A stretch of 64,000 bases of DNA from an uncultured Candidatus Rokubacteria bacterium (lineage in GTDB: Bacteria > Methylomirabilota > Methylomirabilia > Rokubacteriales > CSP1-6), in contig CAVVEU010000004.1 in NCBI GenBank assembly GCA_963747235.1, positions 64,001-128,000 of the forward strand, read 5' to 3'. Shown here piece after piece: positions 10,909-21,217 of the stretch. A model generated the notes under the pieces. The model did not search any database and was not told the origin of the DNA. It saw only the letters and a program-made list of their open reading frames with translations. The position numbers were made by a program, and so were the translations under genes. Within the stretch, counting starts at the first letter, position 1. Each line of letters begins with the position of its first letter.

Positions 10909-11316
10909 AGGACATCACGGTCATCCGGCTGGACGACACCGAGCGGGTGAGCTTCGGCCCGCTGTCCCACTACCAGCCCATCGTGGGCGACGACGCGGGC
11001 AGCACGCCGGTGCGCACCGGGATCCAGACCGCGCAGCCCGGCTACGCGGCGGCGGTGCACTCGCATCCCTACATCGAGATCCTGCACATCCTGGACGGCG
11101 TCGCCGAGGCGTGGATCGACGGCAAGCCCGAATCTCTCGTACGTGCTGCGGAAGGGCGACACGATCGCGGTGCCGCCGGAGACGCCGCACGCCTTCCGGG
11201 TGGTGGGCGACCAGGAGCTGCGCCTGCTCGGCACCCACGTCTCCCCGAAGCGCATCGTCAACTACCAGGACGGGGTTGTGAGCGACGCGCGCGGTTACCG
11301 TGGCGAGGTGAGCTAG
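10905..11316 (+). CDS. Cupin domain protein; frameshift near 11140
   Basis: HSHPYIE...G.AE and GDTIAVPPETPHAF. Confidence 0.85.
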
Positions 11317-11319
11317 CCC

Positions 11320-12138
11320 ATGCGACTCGGGATCGCGGTGTCCTCGATGAACCCGGACGGCTCGCCGCTCACCGGCGACGTGCTGGTGGGCAGCGCGCGG
11401 ATGGCCGAGCGGATCGGGTTCGACAGCCTCTGGTTCTTCGACGCGATGAACCGCGGCTTCATCCTGCCGGACCCGCTGATCGGCGTCTCGGTGGCCGCCG
11501 CGGTGACCACCCGGGTCGAGGTGGGCACGTGCGTGCTGCAGGTGCCGCTGCGCAATCCGGTCGAGCTGGCCCACCGCATCCTGACCGCGCATCTCATCGC
11601 CGGTGGGCGGCTCCTGCTCGGCGTGGGCGCCGGGTCCACCAAGGCCGACTTCGACGCGCTCGGCCTCGACTACGGCGCGCGCCTGCAGGCCTTCGAGGAC
11701 GCGCTGCCGGTGATGCGCCGGCTCTGGCGCGGCGAGACGGTCGGCGCGGCCAACCTCACCCCGTGGCCCGGCGCGAAGGGCGGCCCCGCGGTGCTGATCG
11801 GGAGCTGGGGCGGCAAGCGCTGGATCCCGCGGGCGGCCCAGGAGTTCGACGGCTGGATCGCCTCCGCGGGCAAGACCAATCTCAACACGCTCACCGACGG
11901 GATCCAGCGCTACCGGGCCGCCGGCGGCAAGCGCGCGATCGTGACGAATATCGCGGTCGATCTCACCGGCCCCGCGGAGCCGTGCCCCGACGACGGCCCG
12001 TTCCATCTGCGCTGCGCCCCCGACGTGGCCGCGCAGCGGCTGCGGCGGCTGCGGGACCTGGGCTTCGACGACGCGGTGCTGGTGCTCAAGAGCGGCTCGG
12101 AGGCGAACCTGGCCGCCGCGCGCGCGCTCCTCCCATAG
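11320..12138 (+). CDS. LLM-class flavin-dependent oxidoreductase
   Basis: AERIGFDSLW, PDPL, GGRLLLGVGAG, DGWI. Confidence 0.88.
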   Translation: MRLGIAVSSMNPDGSPLTGDVLVGSARMAERIGFDSLWFFDAMNRGFILPDPLIGVSVAAAVTTRVEVGTCVLQVPLRNPVELAHRILTAHLIAGGRLLLGVGAGSTKADFDALGLDYGARLQAFEDALPVMRRLWRGETVGAANLTPWPGAKGGPAVLIGSWGGKRWIPRAAQEFDGWIASAGKTNLNTLTDGIQRYRAAGGKRAIVTNIAVDLTGPAEPCPDDGPFHLRCAPDVAAQRLRRLRDLGFDDAVLVLKSGSEANLAAARALLP

Positions 12139-12145
12139 CCCCGCC

Positions 12146-13348
12146 ATGAGCCAGACGGCCGAGGTGGTGGTGGTCGGCGGCGGCGTGAACGGCGCGAGCA
12201 TCGCCTACGCGCTGGCCGCGAAGGGCGTCAAGGTCGTGCTGGTGGAGAAGGGCGCGCTCGCGGGCGGCGCCTCCGGCCGGTCGAGCGCGCTGGTGCGGAT
12301 GCACTACACCAATGAATGGGACGCGCGGCTGGCCTGGGCCAGCTTCCCGGTGTTCCGGCACTGGGCGGAGCTGATGGGCGGGCCGCCGGTGTTCACCCAC
12401 ACCGGCTTCGTCAACGTGGTGGCGCCGCGCTACGCCGAGCATCTCCGCCAGAACGTCGAGATGCTCCGCCGCATCGGCGTCAACACCACCGCGATCACCC
12501 CGGCCGAGCTGCGCGAGCTCCAGCCCTTCGCCCACGTGGACGACGTCGGCGCGGCGGCCTACGAGCCGGAGAGCGGCTACGCCAATCCCGCCGAGACGGT
12601 GGAGGGCTTCCGCCGCCGGGCGGTCGAGCTGGGCGCGCGCGTGCTCCCGTGGACCGCGGTGACGCGCATCGTCCGGCGCGAGAGCCGGGTCACCGGCGTG
12701 GAGACCTCCGCGGGCCGGATCGACGCGGGCCACGTGGTGGTGGCGGCGGGCGCCTGGTCGCGGCGGCTCTGCGAGGAGATCGGCCTCGCGGTGCCCGCGC
12801 GGCCGAAGGCCATCGACACGGTGGCGGTGAGCCGCCCGGCGGCGCTGCGCGACCCGCACATGGTCTTCATCGACAACGTGCAGGGCAACTACTTCCGGCC
12901 CGAGAGCGGCGGCCTCACGCTGGTCGGCGTCCCGTGCCAGGAGTGGGACATCGATCCGGACACGCTCGGCACCGGGCTGCCGCCCGAGGCGGCCGGTGTC
13001 GGGGCGCAGCTCCTCACGCACCGCATCCCGGCCATGGAGCGGGCCACGCTCTCCCGCGGCTACCGCGCCTTCGACGGCTACAGCCCCGACCGCCACGCGA
13101 TCCTCGGCGCGGTGGACGGCATCGACGGGCTCTACCTGGCCACCGCCTTCAGCGGCTCCGGATTCAAGATCGCCCCGGCGGTCGGCCAGTGCATGGCCGA
13201 GCTGATCACGGACGGGCGCGCCAAGACGGTGGACATCGACGTGTTCGGCCTCGGCCGCTTCGCCCAGGGCAAGACGGTGGAAGGGCCGTATCCGTACGCG
13301 GTGCGGCCGGACTACGTGGATCCCGCGGCCGCCGGAGGCGCGCGATGA
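12146..13348 (+). CDS. FAD-dependent oxidoreductase (DAO/sarcosine oxidase beta-like)
   Basis: VVVGGGVNG, GASGRSS, SPDRHAILG, FSGSGFKIAP. Confidence 0.9.
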   Translation: MSQTAEVVVVGGGVNGASIAYALAAKGVKVVLVEKGALAGGASGRSSALVRMHYTNEWDARLAWASFPVFRHWAELMGGPPVFTHTGFVNVVAPRYAEHLRQNVEMLRRIGVNTTAITPAELRELQPFAHVDDVGAAAYEPESGYANPAETVEGFRRRAVELGARVLPWTAVTRIVRRESRVTGVETSAGRIDAGHVVVAAGAWSRRLCEEIGLAVPARPKAIDTVAVSRPAALRDPHMVFIDNVQGNYFRPESGGLTLVGVPCQEWDIDPDTLGTGLPPEAAGVGAQLLTHRIPAMERATLSRGYRAFDGYSPDRHAILGAVDGIDGLYLATAFSGSGFKIAPAVGQCMAELITDGRAKTVDIDVFGLGRFAQGKTVEGPYPYAVRPDYVDPAAAGGAR

Positions 13349-14058
13349 GCGCGGGACGGCCGCCGGGCGTCGAGTTCCACACCTTCACGGTGCTCGGCCG
13401 CTGCCCGCGCACCGGGCGCCTCGGCATCGCCACCGCGACCCGATCGCTCGCGGTCGGCGCGCGCGTGCCGCACGTGCGCGCGGGGCTGGGCGCCGTCGCG
13501 ATCATGGCCATCGCGGATGCGCGCCTGGGCTACATGGCGCTGCGCCTGCTCGAGCTCGGCTACAAGGCGCCCGCGGTGATCGAGGAGCTGGTCCGAGGCG
13601 ATCCCTACGCGGAGTACCGGCAGCTCGGGGTCATCGACGCCGACGGCTTCGCGGCCGCCCGCACCGGCAAGATGAATCGCGACTGGGCCGGCCACCACGT
13701 GCGGGACGACTACATCGTGCTCGGCAACGTGCTCACCGGCGAGCACGTCCTGGACGCGATGGAGAAGGCCTTCGCGGCCGATCCCGCCGAGGATCTCGAG
13801 GAGCGCCTGCTGCGGACGATCGAGGCCGGGCGCGACGCGGGCGGTCAGCACGGCGGCCAGCAGTCCGCCGCGCTCCTGGTCTTCGACGACCGGCCCTTCG
13901 CCCACGTGGATCTCCGGGTGGACGTGCACGCCGAGCCGATCGGCGAGCTGCGGCGGGTCTTCGACGTCTACCGGCCCGCGATCCCGTACTACAACCTGCG
14001 TCAGGTGGACGCGCGGGTGCCCCCGCTGCACGACTGGCTGGCGTCCCGGCCCCGCTGA
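13345..14058 (+). CDS. DUF1028 (Ntn-hydrolase-like) protein
   Basis: HTFTVLGRC...LGIA, GNVL, AGG..GGQQSAALLV, DLRVD.H.EP. Confidence 0.88.
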   Translation: MSAGRPPGVEFHTFTVLGRCPRTGRLGIATATRSLAVGARVPHVRAGLGAVAIMAIADARLGYMALRLLELGYKAPAVIEELVRGDPYAEYRQLGVIDADGFAAARTGKMNRDWAGHHVRDDYIVLGNVLTGEHVLDAMEKAFAADPAEDLEERLLRTIEAGRDAGGQHGGQQSAALLVFDDRPFAHVDLRVDVHAEPIGELRRVFDVYRPAIPYYNLRQVDARVPPLHDWLASRPR

Positions 14059-16430
14059 GCGGCGCGGATCGCGTCCCAGACGCGCTCGGGCGTGACCGGC
14101 ATCTCGAGGTGCTCCACGCCCAGGTCCGCGAGGGCGTCCACGATCGCGTTCACGGTGGCGCCGAGCGCCGGAGTCGTCCCGCCCTCGCCGCCGCCCCGCA
14201 GGCCGAGCGGGTTCGAGGTGGAGGGCACCTCGCTGATCTCGGTGGTGAACGAGGGCACCAGGTCGGCGCGCGGCATCGCGTACTCCATGAAGGTCGCGGA
14301 CTGGAGCTGGCCGGACTCCGCGTCGTAGCGGCAGTGCTCCCAGAGGGCCTGGCCCAGGCCCTGGACGATGCCGCCGTGGGTTTGCCCGTCCACGATCAGC
14401 GGGTTGATGGCGCGGCCGACGTCGTCCACCGAGGTGTAGCGGAGCGACCTCCACCACGCCGGTCTCCGGATCCACCTCGACCTCGCACACCGCGCAGCCG
14501 TAGGGGAAGGACGGCGTGCTCACCGTCTCGTCCGAGGCCCCGTCGAGCGGCCCGCGCAGGTCCTCCGGCGCGTCGGGGCGCCCGGCGGCGGCCGCCACCT
14601 CGAAGAGGCCGATGGCGCGGTCGGTGCCGCGCACCCGGAACCGCCCGCCCGAGAACTCGAGATCGGCCACCGCGGATTCGAGCCGCCACGCCGCGAGGCG
14701 CGCGCCCTTCTCCACGATCTGGTCCGCCGCCTTCGCCATGACGACACCGCCGAGACGCATCGAGCGTCCCGAGTGTGAGCCGCCACCCACCGCGACGCGA
14801 TCGGTGTCGCCGCTGATCAGGCGCACCTGGTCGAGCGTACAGCCGAGCCATTCGACGACGAGCTGGGCGAAGCTCGTCTCGTGGCCCTGGCCCGCCGCGA
14901 GGGTGCCGATCACCACGTCGATCCGTCCTTCGGGCCGCACCGTGATGTGCGCGCGCTCGCGCGGCGCTCCGGTGGCGATCTCGATGTAGTTGGCGAGGCC
15001 GATGCCGCGGTAGCGCCCGCGCGCGCGGGCCTCCCGGCGCCGCGCCTCGAAGCCGGCCCAGTCGGCCAGCGCCACCGCGCGGTCCTGGACGGCCACGTAG
15101 TCGCCGCTGTCGTAGACGATGCCGAACGGATTCGCGTACGGCATCGCGGCGGTCGGCACCAGGTTGCGGCGCCGCAGCTCCAGCCGATCGAAGCCGTGAC
15201 GGCGGGCGGCCAGATCGATGAGCCGCTCCATCACGAACATCACCTGCGGCCGGCCCGCGCTGCGGTAGGCGGAGAGCGGGGAGGTATTGCTGAGCACCGC
15301 GCGGCCGCGCACCGCGGCGGCGGGCACCTGGTACACGGTGGTGGCCAGCTCGCGCCCCTTGTTGAGCGGCACGAAGGTCACGGTGTGCGCGCCGACATTG
15401 CTCGTGTTGGTGCCCCGGAGCGCGAGGAAGCGGCCGTCCGCGTCGAGCGCCAGCTCCATGCGCGGAGACGAGGTCGCGCGCCTGGTAGTCGGTCAGGAAC
15501 GCCTCGCGGCGCTCGCACGTCCACTTCACGGGCCGGCCCAGGCGCCGTGACGCCCACGCGACCAGCGCGAACTCGGGATAGAAGCTGTTCCGCGTGCCGA
15601 AGTTGCCGCCCACGTCCTCGGCCACCACGCGCACCTGGGTCTCCGGCACGCCCAGCACCTCCGCGAGATCGGCCTTCTGCCGCACCACGCCGCCCGAGCC
15701 CGCGTAGAGCGTGTAGCGCCCGGTCGCCGCGTCGTGCACGCCGAGGGCCGCGCGCGGCTCCATGGGCACGCCGGTGATGCGCGGCACCCAGGTGTCGAGC
15801 CGCACGGTGTGGGCGGCCGCCGCGAAGGCGGCGTCGGCGGCGCGCGCGTCGCCCGCGACCGAGTCCACGCACACGTTCGAGCCGAGCTCGCTCCAGAGCA
15901 CGGGCGCGCCGGGCTCCCCCGCGTCGGGGGTGGCGGTGACCGACGGCAGCGGCTCGTAGGTCGACCCGGACCCGCTCGGCCGCGTCCGCCGCCGCGGCCG
16001 CGGTCTCCGCGATCACCATCGCCACCGCCTCGCCCGCGAAGCGCGCGACGTCGGCGGCCAGCGGCGGATGCGGGGTGACGAGCACGCGCCCGCCCTCCCG
16101 GCCGCCGAGCGGGAACTCGTTCGGGTTGGTCGGCACCGGCTTGTGCGGGATCGACGCGAGGCCGTCGGCCGCCGCGTCACGCCCGGTGAGGACCGCGAGC
16201 ACGCCCGGCACCGCGAGCGCGGCGGCGGTGTCGATCGAGAGCACGCGCGCGTGGGCGTGCGGGGAGCGGACGAGATGCGCGTACGCCTGGCCCGGCAGGT
16301 TGACGTCGTCGCTGAAGCGGCCGCGCCCGGTGACGAGGCGCGCGTCCTCCTTGCGCGGCACCGGCCGGCCGAAGCCCTGAGGGGCCGAGCGCGTGCGCGC
16401 GGAGAGGAACGAGGCGCCGGGAGTGGTCAT
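14001..16430 (-). CDS. Xanthine dehydrogenase family molybdopterin-binding subunit (CoxL/CutL-like); frameshifted
   Basis: RKEDARLVTG.G, RSPHAHA, VGGNFG, AYRSAGRP, GQGHET, VDGQTHGG, GGGEGGT. Confidence 0.9.
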
Positions 16431-16486
16431 CGGGGCCGCTCACGCGCGTCGGCGCGCGGCGGCCCCGCAATCTTACCTCAGGGCGG

Positions 16487-16819
16487 CTAGCTCATCAGGC
16501 CGTCGGGCGCGGTGCCCAGGAAGAACACGCCGAGGCCATCCGCGTCCACGCGCCACACCATGGCCTCCACCCGGACCGGGCGGCCGTTCGGCTTGACGAA
16601 CTGCAGCGTCAGCGACTGGCCGGCCTGCATCTCGCCCCGGGGGCGGAGCTTCGCGCCGCGGGCGCTGACGTCCACGGTATGGAAGCGGAGCCGCTGGCCC
16701 CGGAAACGGGCGAAGACGGTCCACGAGACATTGGCTCTGCGACTGTTCCGCCGGGTGCGCTGATGCTGGCCGGCCGCGGCTGGGGGCACCTTCATGGGGG
16801 GAGGCGTCATGAGTTCCAT
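16487..16819 (-). CDS. Stand-alone PilZ domain protein
   Basis: RRNSRR (RxxxR) and DVSARG (DxSxxG) c-di-GMP motifs. Confidence 0.8.
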   Translation of the reverse strand: MELMTPPPMKVPPAAAGQHQRTRRNSRRANVSWTVFARFRGQRLRFHTVDVSARGAKLRPRGEMQAGQSLTLQFVKPNGRPVRVEAMVWRVDADGLGVFFLGTAPDGLMS

Positions 16820-16832
16820 GGCGCCGGATGAG

Positions 16833-16848
16833 AGCAAGGCTCGGGCCA
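16833..16848 (-). promoter_or_regulatory. Sigma-54 -24/-12 promoter
   Basis: TGGCCCG-AGCC-TTGCT on the minus strand, upstream of the PilZ gene. Confidence 0.6.
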
Positions 16849-16985
16849 GTCGGCGGACCGACCGGAAATCGAAGACTTAGCGGCGGATCGGTCCGGTGCG
16901 CAATTCTCGATGGGAACGCGGCTACCCAGATACGGTCGCGGGGCGCTCGCGGCTGGACAACGCGAGAATGCGCAAATCTTTCGGC

Positions 16986-17819
16986 TCAGCCGCCGGCCGC
17001 CCCTCGCGCGCGCAGGAACGCGAGCCCCTGACGCGCGTCCTCCACCGACAGCTCGATCACGCCGGGCAGCGCCGCGAACGCCGGGTGGCTCGCCACCGAC
17101 GCCACGCCCTCGCCGATGGTGCCCGCGCCGGGGATCGCGTGGCGGTCCCGGTGCGCGCCGCACGCGAGCTGGGAGTCGTTCAGATGAAACGCGATGACGC
17201 GCTCGAGCACGCCCTCGGCGGCCAGCGCGTCGGCCAGCCGCTGGCCCGAGTCCGCGCCCGCGAGATCGAAGCCGGCCGCGTGCAGGTGGCAGGTGTCGAT
17301 CAGCAGGCCGAGCTGCTCGGGCGGCGCGCCGACGTCGCGGAGCAGTCGCGCCAGCTCCGCGATGGTCTGGCCCAGCTCGCTGCCCTCGCAGGAGTTCTCG
17401 ATCAGGAGGCGCGGGCCCGCCGGCATGCGCGCGATCAGCTCGCCCAGCTTGCGGGTGGCGAGGATCAGCGCCGCGTCCGCGCTCGGATGCCCCTTCGCGT
17501 AGCCCACGTGAAAGCACACCGCGTCGAGCCCGACCTCGGCCGCCACCTTGAGATCGGCGAGCAGGCTCGAGACGGAGGAGTTGCGGATGCGGCCCTCCGG
17601 GCTCGCCAGGTTGACGAGCAGCGAGCCGTGGGCCACGCCCCAGACGTGGCGGCCGCGGAGCCCCTCGACCAGCGCGGCGCGGTCGGCCGGCTCGGGCACG
17701 CCGTAGTTGCCGAAGCGGCCGGGATCGCGCAGGACGGTCTGGTAGACGTCCACGCCTTCGTGCTCGAGCAGCGCGGGGATGGAGGCGAGCGGGGGGTCGA
17801 TCGAGATGCCGACGCGCAT
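16986..17819 (-). CDS. nfo: Endonuclease IV (AP endonuclease family 2)
   Basis: AHGSLLVNLAS, FHVG, IENS, DTCHLHAAG, FHLNDS...G..RDRH..PG.G.IG. Confidence 0.85.
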   Translation of the reverse strand: MRVGISIDPPLASIPALLEHEGVDVYQTVLRDPGRFGNYGVPEPADRAALVEGLRGRHVWGVAHGSLLVNLASPEGRIRNSSVSSLLADLKVAAEVGLDAVCFHVGYAKGHPSADAALILATRKLGELIARMPAGPRLLIENSCEGSELGQTIAELARLLRDVGAPPEQLGLLIDTCHLHAAGFDLAGADSGQRLADALAAEGVLERVIAFHLNDSQLACGAHRDRHAIPGAGTIGEGVASVASHPAFAALPGVIELSVEDARQGLAFLRARGAAGG

Positions 17820-17837
17820 GCCGCGTATTGTACCGGA

Positions 17838-18837
17838 TCAGCCGCGGGCGAACCGCGGCAGCACCGTCCGGCCGAACAGCTCGACGGTTTGCTCGGGATC
17901 GGCGGCGAGGCTCACCGTGAACATGAGCTGGGTCACCCCGGCCGCCTCGGCGGCGCGCACCTGGGCGATGCAGTCCTCCGGCGTCCCCGCGATGGCGAGG
18001 CGGCCGCGGAGATAGTCGAAGAGGCCGAGGCGCTTCGTGAGCGCCGGATCCATGTCGCGCCGTCGCGTGGTGTAGGTGGCCCGCAGCTCGTGGACGGCGG
18101 GCACGAGATCGGGCGGCACGCCGCGGCCGGCCGGGTCCGGCCCGAGGATGTACGCCGCGACGAAGCCCAGGATGTTCCCGAGCTTCTCGAGGGCGTCCTC
18201 ACGCCGCTCGGCCACGTCGAGGCAGGCGATGGACCAGACGTCGATCGCGCTCGCGGGCCGGCGGCGCCCCGGCCGCGCCCTCCGCGATCAGCTCCCGCAC
18301 CCGGCTCACGTGCTGCGCGCCGAGGCCATAGTTGACGAAGGCGCCGTCGGCCGCGGCGCCGACCGCGCGCAGCGCCGCCGGGCCCGAGGCGGCCGCGTAG
18401 ACGGGCACCGCGCGCTTGATCCACGCCAGATGCGTGGCGGCGCCGCGCCACGACGCGGGCGCCCCGCTCAGCGCCGCCTTCAGGAACGCGAGCCCCTCGC
18501 GGAGATCCGCGGCGCGGCTGGGCGCCCCGCCCACGTTGGCGACGCCGCTGTGCCCCGCGCCCACCCCCAGGATGGTTCGGCCACCCGCGGCGGCGTCCAC
18601 CGACGCGGCGGCCGACGCGGTGATGGACGGATGGCGCGTGACGAGGTTGGTGACGCAGGTGGCCAGCGTCACCCGCGAGGTCGCGGCGGCCGCCAGCGTC
18701 ATGGCCACCCACGGATCGAGCGCGTTGCCGGGCGTGTCGGCGATGCCGACCAGGTCGAAGCCCAGCTCCTCGCCCCGCCGCGCCATGCGCGCCGTGTACT
18801 CCGGCGTGTACGGCCAGAAGAAGAAGCCGAAGCGCAT
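17838..18837 (-). CDS. LLM-class flavin-dependent oxidoreductase; frameshift near 18250
   Basis: MRFGFFFWP, LGFDLVGIAD, VTNLVTRHP, AASGP, IAGTPEDC. Confidence 0.85.
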
Positions 18838-18848
18838 GGCGCCCGCGC

Positions 18849-20085
18849 TCAGGGCTTGGCGGGCGGGTAGTCGCGCGAGTAGGGCGGGGTCTTGAGGAAC
18901 TCCTCCGGCTTGTAGGTCCAGAACTGCGACACCGCCGGATAGGTGTGGATCGACGGTGGTGACGAGCTTGCCGCCCGCCCTGTCCACGCGGAGGATGTAG
19001 ACGTTCTCGGTGGGATTGCCCCACTCGTCCAGCTTGATGGGCCCGCGCGGATCCGGCGTGGTCTCGATGGCCCGGCGGATGGCGGCCACGAGCTTCTCGC
19101 GGTCCTCGACCTGGCCCTTGAGCGCGCCGGCGGCCTCGGTGATCCACCGCCCGGAGCTGTACATGATGGCGTGGAAGTAGGCGGGCGTGCGCCCGAGCTT
19201 GGCCTCGGCCATCTTCATGAAGGTCTGGTTCGCCGGGTTCTGGAGCGTGGGGCTCCAGAGCAGGGAGCCCACGACGCCGACCGCTTCGTCGCCCATGCCC
19301 CGCAGCGCGCTCTCGTCGATCATGACCCCGGTGCCGATGAGCGGGGTCTTGTCCTTGAGCGCGGACTCGCCGTACTGCTTCACGAAGCGCACCGCCTGGC
19401 CCGCCACGAAGACCGCGCAGACCGCGTCCACGTCCTTGGCCACCTGCGAGAGATACGGCGCGAAGTCGAGCGCGTTGAGCGGCACCCAGATCTTCTGGAC
19501 CACCTTGCCGCCGCCGTCCTCGAAGACGCGCTGGAAGCCGCCCGCCTCCTCGTGGCCGAAGCCGTTGTCCATCGCGATGGTGGCCACGCGGCGGTACTTG
19601 AGCGTCCGGGCCGCGTAGTCGCCCAGCGGGTGCATGATCTGGCTGGCCGAGAAGTTGGAGCGGAGGATCCACTTGGCGACCTTGCGCTTGGTGAGGTCGT
19701 CGGGGGTGGTGAGGAACAGGGTGGGGAGCCGGTCGCGCTCGATCAGCGGCACCAGGCTGTTGCCCACGTTGACCAGCAGGATGCCGGTCATCACGTGGAT
19801 CTTGTCGTGGTCCACCAGCTTCCGGTACTTCGCGATGGCGGTGGTCGAGTTGCCCTCGGTGTCCTCCTCGATCAGCTCGATCTTGCGCCCGCCCGCCTGG
19901 TAGTTGACCTGCTCGAGCGCCATCTTGAGGCCGTCGAGCATGTCCTTGCCGGCCTGGGCGAAGATGCCGGTGAGCGGACCCATGAAGCCGATGCGGATGG
20001 TCTCCGCGGCGGCGGCCGGTCCCGCCGCGGAAACGGCCAGGGCGAAGACGAGCGCGGCGGCGAGGGCGACGCGGAGTGATCTCAT
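18849..20085 (-). CDS. Branched-chain amino acid-type ABC substrate-binding protein
   Basis: Signal peptide, IRIGFMGPLTG.FAQ.G, DPRGPIKLD; late frameshift. Confidence 0.9.
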
Positions 20086-20120
20086 GGATGGGGCTCCTGT
20101 GTGGCGGGAGTGGACGACAC

Positions 20121-20159
20121 CCCCTCACCCTGCCCTCTCCCCCTGGGCGGGGGAGAGGG
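20121..20159 (+). repeat. REP-like palindrome, copy 1
   Basis: CCCCTCACCCTG-CCCTCTCCCCC-loop-GGGGGAGAGGG. Confidence 0.85.
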
Positions 20160-20168
20160 TAAGGCGGA

Positions 20169-21197
20169 TTAGCGGCCGAGGGCCTTCAGCGCCATCTCGA
20201 GGCCGCGCTTGCCGTCGGCCCCGGTGCGGGTGAGCCAGGTGTCCCAGGCGGCCTTGGCGGTCTGGCGCGCCTTGGCCAGCTCCTCCGCGGGCGGATCCAC
20301 GATCGTGAGGCCGAGCTCGGGCAGACGCTTGCGCACGCGCTCGTCGAAGGCGATGGCGTCGCCCCACTCCTTCTCCTCGAGGTTGGTCTCCTTGACCGCG
20401 TCGAGCACGATCTGCTGGAGATCCTTGGGGAGCGCGTCCCACGACTTCTGGTTGGCCACGATCCACTCCTGCGCGGCCCCGGCCAGGTACCAGTAGTCCA
20501 CGTACTTCGCGACCTCGAAGAACTTCATCGGCTCCGCGTTGGTGGCGGAGGTCATGGCCCCGTCCACCGTCTTCTTCTCGAGCGCGGAGTAGACCTCGCC
20601 GAAGGCGATGTTGACCGGCGCGCCGCCCAGGAGCCGCGTGATGTTGGCGGAGTCGGCGCCGTAGACGCGGATCTTCTTGCCCTTCCAGTCGGCCACCGTG
20701 CGGATCGGCGCGGTGGAGAAGATCTGCTGCGAGGGCCACGTGCTCATCGCGAGGAGCTTGAGGCCCTTCTTGGCCAGCATCTCGGTGTAGAAGCCCCGCA
20801 TCGCGAAGGCGGCCTTCTTGTGCTCCTCCATGCTGCTGGTCATGAACGGCAGCTCGAGCGGGCCCATCTCGAGCAGCACGTCGGTGAGGTAGGAGGCGAG
20901 CACCGGCGCGATCTCGGCGCGGCCGTCGAGCACCGCGGGGAGCAGCTCGGGCCCCGGGTAGAGCGAGGAGGCCGCGTGGAAGCGGATCTCCATGCGCCCG
21001 CCGGACTTCTCCTTCACCTTGTTGCCGAACGCGGTGTAGTTGATCGTGTGGTAGTAGGTCGGGGCCGAGATGTGCGGCAGGTTCCACACGATCGGCTTCG
21101 CCTGCGCGGCCACCTCGGGCGCGACCGTCGTGGACGCGCCGATGAAGACGGCGAGCAGGACCAGGGCGAGCGTGCTCCAGGTCAGGGATTTGGTCAT
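20169..21197 (-). CDS. TRAP transporter substrate-binding protein (DctP family)
   Basis: SGGRMEI, LELPF, WKGKKIRV, FGEVYSALEKKTVDG. Confidence 0.9.
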   Translation of the reverse strand: MTKSLTWSTLALVLLAVFIGASTTVAPEVAAQAKPIVWNLPHISAPTYYHTINYTAFGNKVKEKSGGRMEIRFHAASSLYPGPELLPAVLDGRAEIAPVLASYLTDVLLEMGPLELPFMTSSMEEHKKAAFAMRGFYTEMLAKKGLKLLAMSTWPSQQIFSTAPIRTVADWKGKKIRVYGADSANITRLLGGAPVNIAFGEVYSALEKKTVDGAMTSATNAEPMKFFEVAKYVDYWYLAGAAQEWIVANQKSWDALPKDLQQIVLDAVKETNLEEKEWGDAIAFDERVRKRLPELGLTIVDPPAEELAKARQTAKAAWDTWLTRTGADGKRGLEMALKALGR

Positions 21198-21217
21198 AGG
21201 CCTCCTCGGGGCGCTAT

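Noticed and set aside
14001-16430. Aerobic CO dehydrogenase
   Set aside because: It lacks the AYxCSFR signature and coxM/coxS neighbours.
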